Origin: Promethearchaeota archaeon
Lineage (GTDB): Archaea > Asgardarchaeota > Heimdallarchaeia > Hodarchaeales > Hodarchaeaceae
NCBI GenBank assembly: GCA_048938105.1
Contig: JBHLMN010000015.1
Location: forward strand, 1-64,000
Direction: 5' to 3'
DNA length: 64,000 nt
Positions 1-9,086 of this stretch are shown one piece after another (positions within the stretch are counted from its first letter, which is position 1; every line of letters starts with the position of its first letter). The position numbers and the translations under genes are program-made. Under the pieces are notes generated by a model, which worked only from the letters and a program-made list of their open reading frames with translations, was not told the origin of the DNA and did no database searches.

Positions 1-158
1 TTTTGATAATTTCATCAGAATAAAAACTAATATTTTTCTATATAAGCACATGAATTATTATACAGCTCACCAACCCTTGAAATATAAATTACACGATAAT
101 AAGCTAAGATAAAAGTTCTCAGCGTAAAAGGAAGCTGATGAAATTCTTTCATCATAAC

Positions 159-758
159 TCAAGATAAAAAGTTCTTAACAAAAAAAGAGACGGATGAATC
201 AGGAATTCCGAGTTTAATGAAGGTAGCCCATGCTTCTGCTTTATTATATCCTTCCGAAATGGTTCGTTCGGTCATAAACTCGTAATATTCGTGCGGAAAT
301 ACCACCCATTCTGTTGTTTCTTCAACAAAATAGTGAGGAATAACTTTTGACCACGGTTTTAAGAGAAGAGCAGCGATTTTAACTTCTTTTGGATTCTTTA
401 AGTTAAGATAATCAAGTGCACACTGAATACTATCCCCACTATCCACAAGATCATCTACCAACAAAATTTTCTTTTGCTGAATTTCCACGGTGACATCTTG
501 GGAGATCACAGGACGTGTATGAGTTTCTGCTATTCCTGTATAAAATCTTATCTGCATCGTGGCTAGTATTGATGAAGTTCCTCCCCGTTTAAAAGGGATT
601 TCAGCCTCAAACATGTCGCTTAATAATCTTGCAGGTATTGTTCCTCCCCTACTTATACCTAATATGATTTCAGGTGTAAACTCATTTTTTATTAAATGAA
701 AGAGTTTACGTGCTAAATAGTCTATTTCATGCCATCTAACTATTTTAAATTTAATCAT
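159..758 (-). CDS. Type I phosphoribosyltransferase (archaeal HGPRT/XGPRT-like)
   Basis: GISRGG loop and PRPP-binding motif ILLVDDLVDSGDS; C-terminal WVVFPHE. Confidence 0.88.
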   Translation of the reverse strand: MIKFKIVRWHEIDYLARKLFHLIKNEFTPEIILGISRGGTIPARLLSDMFEAEIPFKRGGTSSILATMQIRFYTGIAETHTRPVISQDVTVEIQQKKILLVDDLVDSGDSIQCALDYLNLKNPKEVKIAALLLKPWSKVIPHYFVEETTEWVVFPHEYYEFMTERTISEGYNKAEAWATFIKLGIPDSSVSFFVKNFLS

Positions 759-927
759 CTTACTCTATCAACACCTTAGATTAAACTGCAACAATAATCA
801 TACTTTATCAGGAAAGGTTAAAAAAAAACCTAATGGAGGATAAATCCCCCGTTTCAAATGGAGAGTTGAATAAATTACTCACAACAAACCATATATTCTT
901 GATAAAATTGATGGGTCTAGTTTATTA

Positions 928-1443
928 GTGTTTTCTGGATCTCTTGTGTCGAAGTTATCCCCTGAAAACGTTGGGGCAATCTTGAACCAAATTACAGGTG
1001 AATATAACCTTTTGGCGTCACAATTGTTTGATAATCGTTATATTTGGGGATATCGTCATCTTTACTCTGCAGTCTGGCATGCATTGAATGCAAAAAAGAA
1101 TGATCAAATGATATCTAAAACTCTTTCTATTGAAGTCCTTCTTTATGTAGCTACTGAACGCCAGATAAGAAAGGCAATTACTTTCTTGGGAGTGAAAGAA
1201 ACTACAAAAGATATTACTGGAGTGTTACTAGGCGACCCAGTTAAGCATCTAATTAATGCTTACAACCAACTTCAAAAGAAATTATGTGTAACTCCAAACA
1301 TGGATCTCTTAAATGACTTTTCATCCAAAAATCAACATCTAATAAAGATACTTATGGATGATGGATATCTTGCACGCGATTTCACCTTTATTGATATTGA
1401 AAAAGCCATTCTTCAAAAAATAGCTCTCTTAGCCTTAGAATAA
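928..1443 (+). CDS. cgi121: KEOPS complex subunit Cgi121
   Basis: HLYSAVWHAL...SKTLSIEVLLYVATERQIRKAITFLGVK matches the Cgi121 signature; the start is uncertain because the frame is open back to 874. Confidence 0.8.
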   Translation: MFSGSLVSKLSPENVGAILNQITGEYNLLASQLFDNRYIWGYRHLYSAVWHALNAKKNDQMISKTLSIEVLLYVATERQIRKAITFLGVKETTKDITGVLLGDPVKHLINAYNQLQKKLCVTPNMDLLNDFSSKNQHLIKILMDDGYLARDFTFIDIEKAILQKIALLALE

Positions 1444-1459
1444 TAGATCTAAGCTAATT

Positions 1460-1987
1460 TCAAGTTTTGTCATTAATTAATTTAGCCATGCTAAGTACAG
1501 CTTGTGGGTGTAGAATAGATATCCCTGTCAAATCTCTTACAATTTCAATACGGATCTCGAGATCAGGCGTTGTTAGGTTTACGTTCCCCCAATTGATTTT
1601 CTCTGCGACTTTTTCTACTATTTGAGAAGTCTTAAGGTTTGTTTGCCTTTTTCTCACATGAATCTTCCAAGAATTAGTTGGTAGAATCTTAATTTTAGCA
1701 AGGGAAATTACATTTTCCACTATCTTTGGGAGATCAGTTCTCATTAGTCTTTCGAGAGGAACAATTTTTAGACAAGCTACCAAGGGGCCCTTTTTTTGAA
1801 TGTATTGTCTGATTTCATCAATTATTCTATAAGTATCCTCTTCCTCACTTAACCGTAAAATTGCTAAACCTGGTACACGCGATTTTAATGGATGAACTTT
1901 GTATCCTAGGACATCTGAAATTACGTAATAAGCTTCAGAAAGAGCATCCCGTTCGAAAGTTCGCTGAGAGCTGATTAAGAAGCTCAT
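1460..1987 (-). CDS. THUMP-domain RNA-binding protein (Tan1-like)
   Basis: KIVPLE, SWKIHVRKR and VNLTTPDLEIRIEIV THUMP motifs. Confidence 0.8.
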   Translation of the reverse strand: MSFLISSQRTFERDALSEAYYVISDVLGYKVHPLKSRVPGLAILRLSEEEDTYRIIDEIRQYIQKKGPLVACLKIVPLERLMRTDLPKIVENVISLAKIKILPTNSWKIHVRKRQTNLKTSQIVEKVAEKINWGNVNLTTPDLEIRIEIVRDLTGISILHPQAVLSMAKLINDKT

Positions 1988-2011
1988 CGTAGCGGTGCCT
2001 CGATATTGGTA

Positions 2012-2197
2012 TCATTTTTCTTCTTTTAACAGCCAAGCAGAGGATATTATATCCGTTGTACCACATTCTGGACAAGAAGGCTTTGTTATATAGACCCCAT
2101 CTTCTTCAACAGTGATAAATTTCGCTTTCTGAAAACGATGGCCACATTCCTTCTTTTGACAAATATATACATCAGGTTTTTCAACCATATATGCCAA
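2012..2197 (-). CDS. Small zinc-ribbon (CPxCG) protein
   Basis: CQKKECGHRF...CPECGT; co-directional with its neighbours, GGAG upstream. Confidence 0.7.
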   Translation of the reverse strand: MAYMVEKPDVYICQKKECGHRFQKAKFITVEEDGVYITKPSCPECGTTDIISSAWLLKEEK

Positions 2198-2228
2198 CTC
2201 CTAATTAAAATAATCTTTGAATAACTAC

Positions 2229-2930
2229 TTAAATCTGTTTGTGTCCAAATTCAAGAATATCAGTAATATTCGAAACACCTTTGGTTAAATTAAACCTCAG
2301 GTTATCCCAATCAGCGACTATAAGTCGTCTCCAAGAAGCAAATTGTAGTTGCGAAAAAACATCTTCTTCTGGTTGTTGTATGTTTTTTGCAATCTCTGCA
2401 AGTTCCCCGTTTGATTTCTTCACTGCTAGAAGTATATCATAATATTGCTTGATCGCATTGAGCACAATTAAACCTAAAGCATGTTCTATTTGATCTCCAG
2501 TTATTGCTGAAGTCCCTATAACTGAAATTCTGTCTTTATTCTTTCCTAGAACCACATTTGCCACTTCATCGGGGCTTTTTGCTCCTCTTATATCTTGTTT
2601 ATTTGCACAGAGGACAATAGGAACACCTGGTAAAATATCATATACTTCCTTCAATAATTTTTTAGCTTCATCAAAGGAAGCTATATTGACTGAATCAACT
2701 ATAAATAATATACCATCTGCTCCTTTACTTAATATTTTTCGGATTATCTCGAATCGTTGGAGCCCTGGAGTTCCAAATAAAAAAATCTCGACCCCATAAA
2801 TCTGTGTTCGGCAATGATCTAAAGCAACCGTTGTTCCACCGTAATCAATAGAAACTGCAGAACCTCTACATATCTTTTGGACTGTTGTCGATTTTCCACT
2901 ATTGTAGGGGCCTAACAGGACTATTTTCAT
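2229..2930 (-). CDS. Small Ras-superfamily GTPase (MglA/Arf-like) with C-terminal helical or winged-helix-like extension
   Basis: G1 GPYNSGKS, G2 TTVALD, G3 GTPGL, G4 NKQD, G5 TSA. Confidence 0.88.
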   Translation of the reverse strand: MKIVLLGPYNSGKSTTVQKICRGSAVSIDYGGTTVALDHCRTQIYGVEIFLFGTPGLQRFEIIRKILSKGADGILFIVDSVNIASFDEAKKLLKEVYDILPGVPIVLCANKQDIRGAKSPDEVANVVLGKNKDRISVIGTSAITGDQIEHALGLIVLNAIKQYYDILLAVKKSNGELAEIAKNIQQPEEDVFSQLQFASWRRLIVADWDNLRFNLTKGVSNITDILEFGHKQI

Positions 2931-3443
2931 GTTTCAGACCTCTCTGATTAAACAAAATCGTTTCCCATAAGAGAAATCACTTTGATTGAACTAAGGGTTC
3001 AATCCATACTAGTTTTTTTTAACTAACAATCCGAATTGAGCAGCCCAACTATCTTGAGGCAATGGTTATTAAGGTAGGAAAAGCTTTGTTCCTTACCTTC
3101 GTTACATTCATCCTATTTCTTCAACTTATAAACATTAGCTTTTATTTTCTTTTTACTTCCCTAAATCCTTAAGTATTTTATTAATTGGAATTTTCAAAGG
3201 TTTTCTTTTCTTCAGATTGGCAATGGTTAGAAAAAAATACTTCTAAAGGTTAGAATGAGTGTATTTTTATTTTATTCCAGTCCTAATCTTTTTATACTTG
3301 CATCTTTATCGAGATAAACAGTCGATTTTCTTTTCTATATAGTTCAATAAGTGATATCATTACTCAAATAACTGCGGATTGTTTTTGAAATTTTTGGGAA
3401 AAATTAAAAATCAAACTAAAACTGGCAACGTCTTGAGACAATC

Positions 3444-3869
3444 ATGGCTCAAACTCTTTATCGAAATTTATGGGCCTCAGATGAGGTAAGGACTCTAATC
3501 CTAGGAACTTTAATACTCTCAATTTGCGCTCTACTAGAGCTTTTATTCCTTTTCTTCCCCGTTGAATTGCAGAACTCATTTATAGGTTCTTTGTTCTGGG
3601 AAATAGAATTATTTGGTGGAACATTCACCCCTCTTCTAACTCTTTTTCATTTAATAGTGTGGGGACTGATGTTCTTTTCCACGCTCATGGTTTATGCGAT
3701 ACTCCGGGAATATACTGGGGGAAGAACAGGATTGCTTGAAATTGCTGGAATAATCCTTATTTTTGCAGTTTCAAGCCTAATAATATACAATGAATGGTTT
3801 GCATTATTCTTTATAGGAGTCTCAGCACTAGTCATGGGTTACTTATTCTTTGCATTAACTGAGCATTAG
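3444..3869 (+). CDS. Hypothetical membrane protein (about 4 TM helices)
   Basis: 141-aa ORF with several long hydrophobic segments. Confidence 0.7.
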   Translation: MAQTLYRNLWASDEVRTLILGTLILSICALLELLFLFFPVELQNSFIGSLFWEIELFGGTFTPLLTLFHLIVWGLMFFSTLMVYAILREYTGGRTGLLEIAGIILIFAVSSLIIYNEWFALFFIGVSALVMGYLFFALTEH

Positions 3870-4009
3870 CTAAAAGTGCAAGAGAATGTATTTGCACATG
3901 TAACGAGACGCTTTAACGTTATTTAAAAAATGTGAACAGAATGACTTGGTACTGCGGCGAAAGAGAGTGTTACTCGGAATATCAAGTTGGGAACGTTTAA
4001 TATGACATC

Positions 4010-4060
4010 TCAGACTGGGACGGTGTCTTCATCGGGTTCAGTCAGGTATAATATCATCAT
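4010..4060 (-). ncRNA. Box C/D guide sRNA overlapping the 3' end of pop5; D guide predicted to target 23S rRNA Gm2251 (E. coli numbering)
   Basis: Minus strand reads ATGATGA(C)-TATTATACCTGA-CTGA(D')-ACCCG-ATGAAGA(C')-CACCGTCCCAGT-CTGA(D); two 12-nt guides and flanking complementary stems. Confidence 0.85.
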
Positions 4061-4439
4061 CGAGGTGTCGTTCCCAACTCTTGCAAAGTATTTTACGGAG
4101 TTCTTGATAACGAGTTAAGTGTTTTGATCCTAACAATAGTTTTTTTGCTTTCTTCAATGAACCACTGACATTTTCTGAAAATAAGAAAAGGGGGTTATTA
4201 TGTCTCGCGTGGATAAAGCAAAGGGTGGATCTAACGCGATAAACATACTTATGTGAAGCCCTAAAAATACCTCCTTGAGCCGTTTGGTCAAAATAAGAGA
4301 GAAATAAACCAATCTCTGCTGCCCCATGAGTTCCAAAGAGGCGTTTTACCTCAGATGATACGGTAAACCAAGCGTCTTTCTCTTGAAGCTGAATTGGACT
4401 GATAAATCGAATATTTATATACCGTATTCGTTCATCCAT
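4038..4439 (-). CDS. pop5: RNase P protein subunit Pop5/Rpp14
   Basis: RYINIRF start, RLFGTHGAAE and NVSGSLKKAK motifs; directly downstream of rpp30. Confidence 0.85.
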   Translation of the reverse strand: MDERIRYINIRFISPIQLQEKDAWFTVSSEVKRLFGTHGAAEIGLFLSYFDQTAQGGIFRASHKYVYRVRSTLCFIHARHNNPLFLFSENVSGSLKKAKKLLLGSKHLTRYQELRKILCKSWERHLDDDIIPD

Positions 4440-4444
4440 TTTTT

Positions 4445-5215
4445 TTATTCCTCCTCCTCCTCCTCCTCCTCCTCCATTAGTGTTATGGATGACTGTATTG
4501 GGGAAGATATCTTGTACACTCCAGGTCTAATATACCTTGGACTGATTTTTACGAGGTTTTTTTGAATCAATTGTTGGGGAATTGTGCTTAGAGAGTCCAA
4601 AGGCATGGTAGAACTCAAAAGTAACATTTGACCTAATGAAGCTAGTTCTCGGGGAGAGCGCATTTGCTCAATTCTTTTGCTTCCAGAAGTGAAAAGAATG
4701 GGAATATTCTTGCGTGTAGCAATTTCTAAAGCAGAACGAATTTGTCTCAAAGCTGGAATTTGTTGTCGTTCAGGTAGGGAGTATAAATCGGTAAGTTGGA
4801 TTTCTAGGTGCTTTTGAAATTTAACCATAAGCTTTGCAATAGATCGGGACATCAGTTTACCAATTTGAAAAACAGGAAATGTTACAATATCAACACGATT
4901 GTCTTGTGCTGCCCATGCAGTGAGTTCAGGGGTTAAACACGTTACCGCTATGATTGGGATTTGTCGTCTTTGATGACGAAGGATCGATACCATCTGTACT
5001 TTAGATTCATGCTTTAATCCAATATCTAATCGCTCGTATATACGTATCAAAGATGAGAAGGAAGGTTGAGTTATCAAATTTCTTTCTTCTTTCGTTGGAT
5101 TGCTAATCCATATTTCTGCGAAACCTAACTGGTTAGCAGTGTGAAGAATTGCTTGTAAATGAGATTTATGTCTTGGGCCAACCGAATCAATGAAATTTCG
5201 GGGCAAATTCTTCAC
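4445..5215 (-). CDS. rpp30: RNase P protein subunit Rpp30
   Basis: AAQDNRVDI, LEIQL and SGS...MRSPRELASL motifs; rpl15e-rpp30-pop5 synteny. Confidence 0.85.
   Translation of the reverse strand: MKNLPRNFIDSVGPRHKSHLQAILHTANQLGFAEIWISNPTKEERNLITQPSFSSLIRIYERLDIGLKHESKVQMVSILRHQRRQIPIIAVTCLTPELTAWAAQDNRVDIVTFPVFQIGKLMSRSIAKLMVKFQKHLEIQLTDLYSLPERQQIPALRQIRSALEIATRKNIPILFTSGSKRIEQMRSPRELASLGQMLLLSSTMPLDSLSTIPQQLIQKNLVKISPRYIRPGVYKISSPIQSSITLMEEEEEEEEE
4451..4474 (-). repeat. (GAG)8 trinucleotide microsatellite encoding the poly-Glu tail of Rpp30
   Basis: ctc x8 on the plus strand. Confidence 0.9.
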
Positions 5216-5321
5216 CTCAAGGATTTTTTAAATTTCTCACTTCTTGTGCTTTAAAAACATTAAAATTAACATTAAATCGGAGTACATGTTATATTTTTGC
5301 TTGGAAGAAAAAAGAAAGTCA

Positions 5322-5888
5322 TCAGCGATCGTATGAAGGTCTGATGTGTTCTGTTCCCTTTCCACGACGATGTAATCCTCGACTTTTCAGGCCAGCTGAA
5401 GTTTTTCCTCGAGTGACTCGGCCACGACTGCTTCTGTTACAAACCCAATTGATTTTAGGATCAGATAAAATTTCTGGGGCCTGAGGATCAACTAAAATCA
5501 CTTCAAACCAACGATGTAGTCCATCTTCTAATACAGGATAGCTATTTAGTACCTCTAGATTTGGGAAATGACGCCAACAGCGTTCTTCAGCAATCCATTG
5601 TCTGGACTTCTTGGGGGTAATACGTCTTACTCCCATTCTTTTTGATCGTCTACCACTTTTAGGTCTAGATTTTCGACGCCCACCACGGGGAACACGAACT
5701 CTTGCCATGATGTAGCCTTTCTTGCGACGAAATCCAAGTGCGCGAGCTCTATCAACCCTTGTAGGGTTTTCAATTCTAATAACAGCTGGTTCCCGCCTCC
5801 ATTTAATCAATCTGGATATTCTTAATCTTCGAAATTCTTGATTTCTTTCTTTCCAAAATTTGGATATATATTTATATGCACTCATCAA
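5322..5888 (-). CDS. rpl15e: 50S ribosomal protein eL15
   Basis: PTRVDRARALGFRRKKG, FPNLEVLNSY, EVILVDP and RGKTSAG motifs. Confidence 0.97.
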   Translation of the reverse strand: MMSAYKYISKFWKERNQEFRRLRISRLIKWRREPAVIRIENPTRVDRARALGFRRKKGYIMARVRVPRGGRRKSRPKSGRRSKRMGVRRITPKKSRQWIAEERCWRHFPNLEVLNSYPVLEDGLHRWFEVILVDPQAPEILSDPKINWVCNRSSRGRVTRGKTSAGLKSRGLHRRGKGTEHIRPSYDR

Positions 5889-6203
5889 GATTACCTCCTC
5901 TAGGTTCTGCGGACATGAGTTTCTGACTCACTCTGCAACATTCCAAAACGGAGATACTTGGATTAGTCGTTTTTTAGGAAAGTTTTAAATGCTTGCTTAA
6001 ATTCAACAGATTTTTCTTTATTGTATATTTGATTTCAAATGAATTTTAGAAAAACTCTTTTTTTCTTTCTCAACAACGAATTTCCGTCCTAAGATCCTAG
6101 ATAATTACTTAAAGCATAACCTTAAACGATTATGTGAGTTCACCTACACACGAAACTGTTTCCCAATTAAGAAAATGAGTAACTAATTACTTCTTGAAAA
6201 AAA

Positions 6204-7160
6204 GTGATTATAATGAAAATCTTAATAGCAGATTCTATTGCAGCTCCTGCAGTAGAAGTTTTAAAGAAAAATTATGAAGTAATCGAACAGCACTTTTCTC
6301 AAAGCGAATTACTGAATGAAATTAGTAAGTACCATGCAATTATTGTCCGTAGTGCTACAAAAATACCTCGAGAGGTTATCGAGAAAGGAACAAAATTGAA
6401 AGTCATTGGAAGAGCTGGAGTTGGAGTTGATAACATTGACGTTGAAGCGGCCACAGAAAACGAAATTTTCGTTGTTAATTCCCCTCAAGCATCTACAATA
6501 TCTGTTGCGGAAATAACAATAGGGTACATACTTGCACTCAGTAGAAATTTAGTTCAAGCGACAAACGAGACTAAAAAAGGAAAGTGGCCAAAAAAACGCC
6601 TAATGGGGACAGAATTATATAAAAAGAAATTAGGTTTTATTGGATGTGGCCGAATTGGTGCCGAAGTTGCAAAGCGTGCACAAGTCTTTGGTATGCATTG
6701 TCTAGTTTATGATCCTTATCTTCCACCTGAAGTACCTGCAAAAATAGGGGTGGAAATGACTGATGATCTTGATAAATTGTTCCGAATTTCTGATTTCATT
6801 ACCATCCATGCATGGTTAACAGAAGAAACTCGTGGAATGGTCAGTAAGAACGAACTTAAAAAAATGAAATCAACATCTTTTCTAGTGAATTGTGCACGGG
6901 GAGGAATTGTCGATGAAGACGCTCTTTATGATGCATTAAAGGAAAAAAAGATAGCTGGTGCAGCCCTGGATGTATTTTCAGTGGAACCTGCAATAGAGAA
7001 TAGGCTATTCGAACTTGAGAATTTATATGTTTCACCACATATTGCTGCTTCTACAAAAGAAGCACAAATTCGTGCTGGGTTAGTTACAGCTGAACAGGTA
7101 CAATTAGTTTTAAGTGGGAAAGAGCCTAAATTCTGTGTTAATGCAAATAAGTTTAAATAG
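6204..7160 (+). CDS. serA: D-3-phosphoglycerate dehydrogenase / D-2-hydroxyacid dehydrogenase (no ACT domain)
   Basis: RAGVGVDNID, GCGRIG, LVNCARGGIVDE, AALDVF and PHIAAST motifs. Confidence 0.85.
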   Translation: MIIMKILIADSIAAPAVEVLKKNYEVIEQHFSQSELLNEISKYHAIIVRSATKIPREVIEKGTKLKVIGRAGVGVDNIDVEAATENEIFVVNSPQASTISVAEITIGYILALSRNLVQATNETKKGKWPKKRLMGTELYKKKLGFIGCGRIGAEVAKRAQVFGMHCLVYDPYLPPEVPAKIGVEMTDDLDKLFRISDFITIHAWLTEETRGMVSKNELKKMKSTSFLVNCARGGIVDEDALYDALKEKKIAGAALDVFSVEPAIENRLFELENLYVSPHIAASTKEAQIRAGLVTAEQVQLVLSGKEPKFCVNANKFK

Positions 7161-7165
7161 AAAAT

Positions 7166-7663
7166 TTGAAAATTTATTTCATGGTGAAATCCCCTTTGCC
7201 AAAAGATCGAAAGAAATCTCCTATAGAATCATTTGCATTAGATCAAAACATGACAATTAATGAAATCAGAGAAAAATTTCCAGCAATATACGCAGAACTT
7301 GCCAATAAAAAAATGAGTTTGAAAATAGACGAAGTTGAAGATGATAAAATGCCTTCTATGCATCAGAAAGAAAAACAGAATCAAGATCCATTTAGTAACT
7401 ATGAGCCAAACATATACGATTTCTTGGCTAGAGCGAGAACTAATGAAGAAGGAAAAGAAATAATTGATTTTTTAGCCAAACAAGGCCAAATTTCACCTGA
7501 AACTGCAATCAACTTAACGAAGAGGCTACAGACATTAGGGATACGATCATTTGGGCCTATCCGTTCTTCTGATTATTATTATAGAAAGTCTAGCGAAATT
7601 ATAACTCGAAAACTAATCCAGAAGAGATATCCCTCTCAGGTGGATTCTGAAAATAAGGATTAA
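7166..7663 (+). CDS. DUF2095-like archaeal protein
   Basis: YEPNIYDFLARART...EIIDFL...GIRSFG...YY pattern. Confidence 0.7.
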   Translation: MKIYFMVKSPLPKDRKKSPIESFALDQNMTINEIREKFPAIYAELANKKMSLKIDEVEDDKMPSMHQKEKQNQDPFSNYEPNIYDFLARARTNEEGKEIIDFLAKQGQISPETAINLTKRLQTLGIRSFGPIRSSDYYYRKSSEIITRKLIQKRYPSQVDSENKD

Positions 7664-7670
7664 CACTGAA

Positions 7671-8870
7671 TTACGCAGCAGCTACAATTTTAACGACATC
7701 ACCAAATTGTAATTCGTGTTTTTCGGAAATTCGACGGTTCGTACGGGCGTCAATACCATGAATGAAGTTCTTATATAGATCTTGATGAATCACTCCAGCA
7801 AACTCTTTGATAGTTATACCTTTTTTAACCAGAAACACATCAGGAAGAACTTTTCCATCATTGTCGCTGAAATGAGTGATATCTGCCACAGGATAAATAG
7901 GTTGGAGATTTAAGACATTAAATACTGCTTTATTCAACGTTTCAAAAATTCCAGTAGTACCATAAGGCTCTAATATTTCTGTTTGGATTTTATTAACAAT
8001 TGATTCCTCCTGTGATGACAGGCTGCCTGTGGGATTTAAGCGTCCACTAGCAGAGTTATATTCAACTTTTCCTTGATTAACAAGTTTTTTGAGGACTATA
8101 TCAGTTAGAGCTGAAGTTGGTATAATTTTTTCGTTAAATTCTTTTTCTAAACGATCATAATTACGTTTCGCAGTAGGGCGATCAATTTTATTTGCTGCAA
8201 TAATTATTGGTTTACCTGTTTTTCGTATTTCTTGGCAAAGTTGAAGTAAATCATCATCGGTCCATTCTTTTACTGTTGAAGTATTCAACGCGCTTGAATT
8301 TATTGATTTCAATATATTATTTTTTGTAATTTTCAATCCAGTCATTTTTTCTGTGATAAAATCAACTATATTCTTTTTTTCTGTGTCTGCTTTTCGTACA
8401 GCACGATCCCAATCTTTTTTCAAAATTCCACGGATCCAAGCAGCAATCTCATTCTCTAAAAAATTGATATCTTTCATAGGATCATGACTACCAGGATCAA
8501 CGGCTTCTCCTTCTTCATTAAGAGATCCTGAGATATCAACCACATGAATAAGAATATCTGCTTGAGCAAGATCAGATAAAAACTGATTTCCCATCCCTTT
8601 CCCCATATATGCGCCTGGAACCAATCCAGCTACATCAATAATTTTGACAGGGATCTTACGAACTCTATCAATGCATTCTGAATTTCGGGGATTACAAGTT
8701 ACACCGAGCTCTTGACAAACGCATGGTGTTGTAACAAATCCAACTCCTTGGTTTGGTTGGATAGTTGTAAATGGATAATCAGCTGTTTTAGCAGATGTAC
8801 CACAAAGTGCGTTGAGAAAAGTTGTTTTTCCCGAAGACGGTTTTCCAACAATACCTATTAAGACAGCCAT
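7671..8870 (-). CDS. ychF: Obg-family ATPase/GTPase YchF (archaeal type) with TGS domain
   Basis: [33 protein letters not shown] and ANKID motifs; C-terminal TGS domain. Confidence 0.92.
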   Translation of the reverse strand: MAVLIGIVGKPSSGKTTFLNALCGTSAKTADYPFTTIQPNQGVGFVTTPCVCQELGVTCNPRNSECIDRVRKIPVKIIDVAGLVPGAYMGKGMGNQFLSDLAQADILIHVVDISGSLNEEGEAVDPGSHDPMKDINFLENEIAAWIRGILKKDWDRAVRKADTEKKNIVDFITEKMTGLKITKNNILKSINSSALNTSTVKEWTDDDLLQLCQEIRKTGKPIIIAANKIDRPTAKRNYDRLEKEFNEKIIPTSALTDIVLKKLVNQGKVEYNSASGRLNPTGSLSSQEESIVNKIQTEILEPYGTTGIFETLNKAVFNVLNLQPIYPVADITHFSDNDGKVLPDVFLVKKGITIKEFAGVIHQDLYKNFIHGIDARTNRRISEKHELQFGDVVKIVAAA

Positions 8871-9086
8871 TTCTCACACTCCAATAATTTTCGCAATATT
8901 TCTTATTTTAAGCTGTACCCAGCACTTTAAACTTAAATTTTGAGAGTTCAGATTCTTATTTTTTGATTTCTTATTCCATTAAAGAATGTCTTTCTATCTT
9001 CCTCTGGTATCTTTGTCAATACATGAAACTTTTTATCCTTTCAATAAAATGTGACCTTGTTAAATTCTCGATCTTTCACTAGATGA

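Noticed and set aside
119-155. ATGATGA...CTGA on the minus strand after the phosphoribosyltransferase gene as a C/D sRNA
   Set aside because: No internal D'/C' pair, and the C-like box sits in a tgatgaaa/tttcatca hairpin more consistent with a 3' structure
159-758. The phosphoribosyltransferase as the missing pyrE
   Set aside because: Motifs fit purine PRTase-like proteins and the OPRT-specific flexible-loop signature is absent
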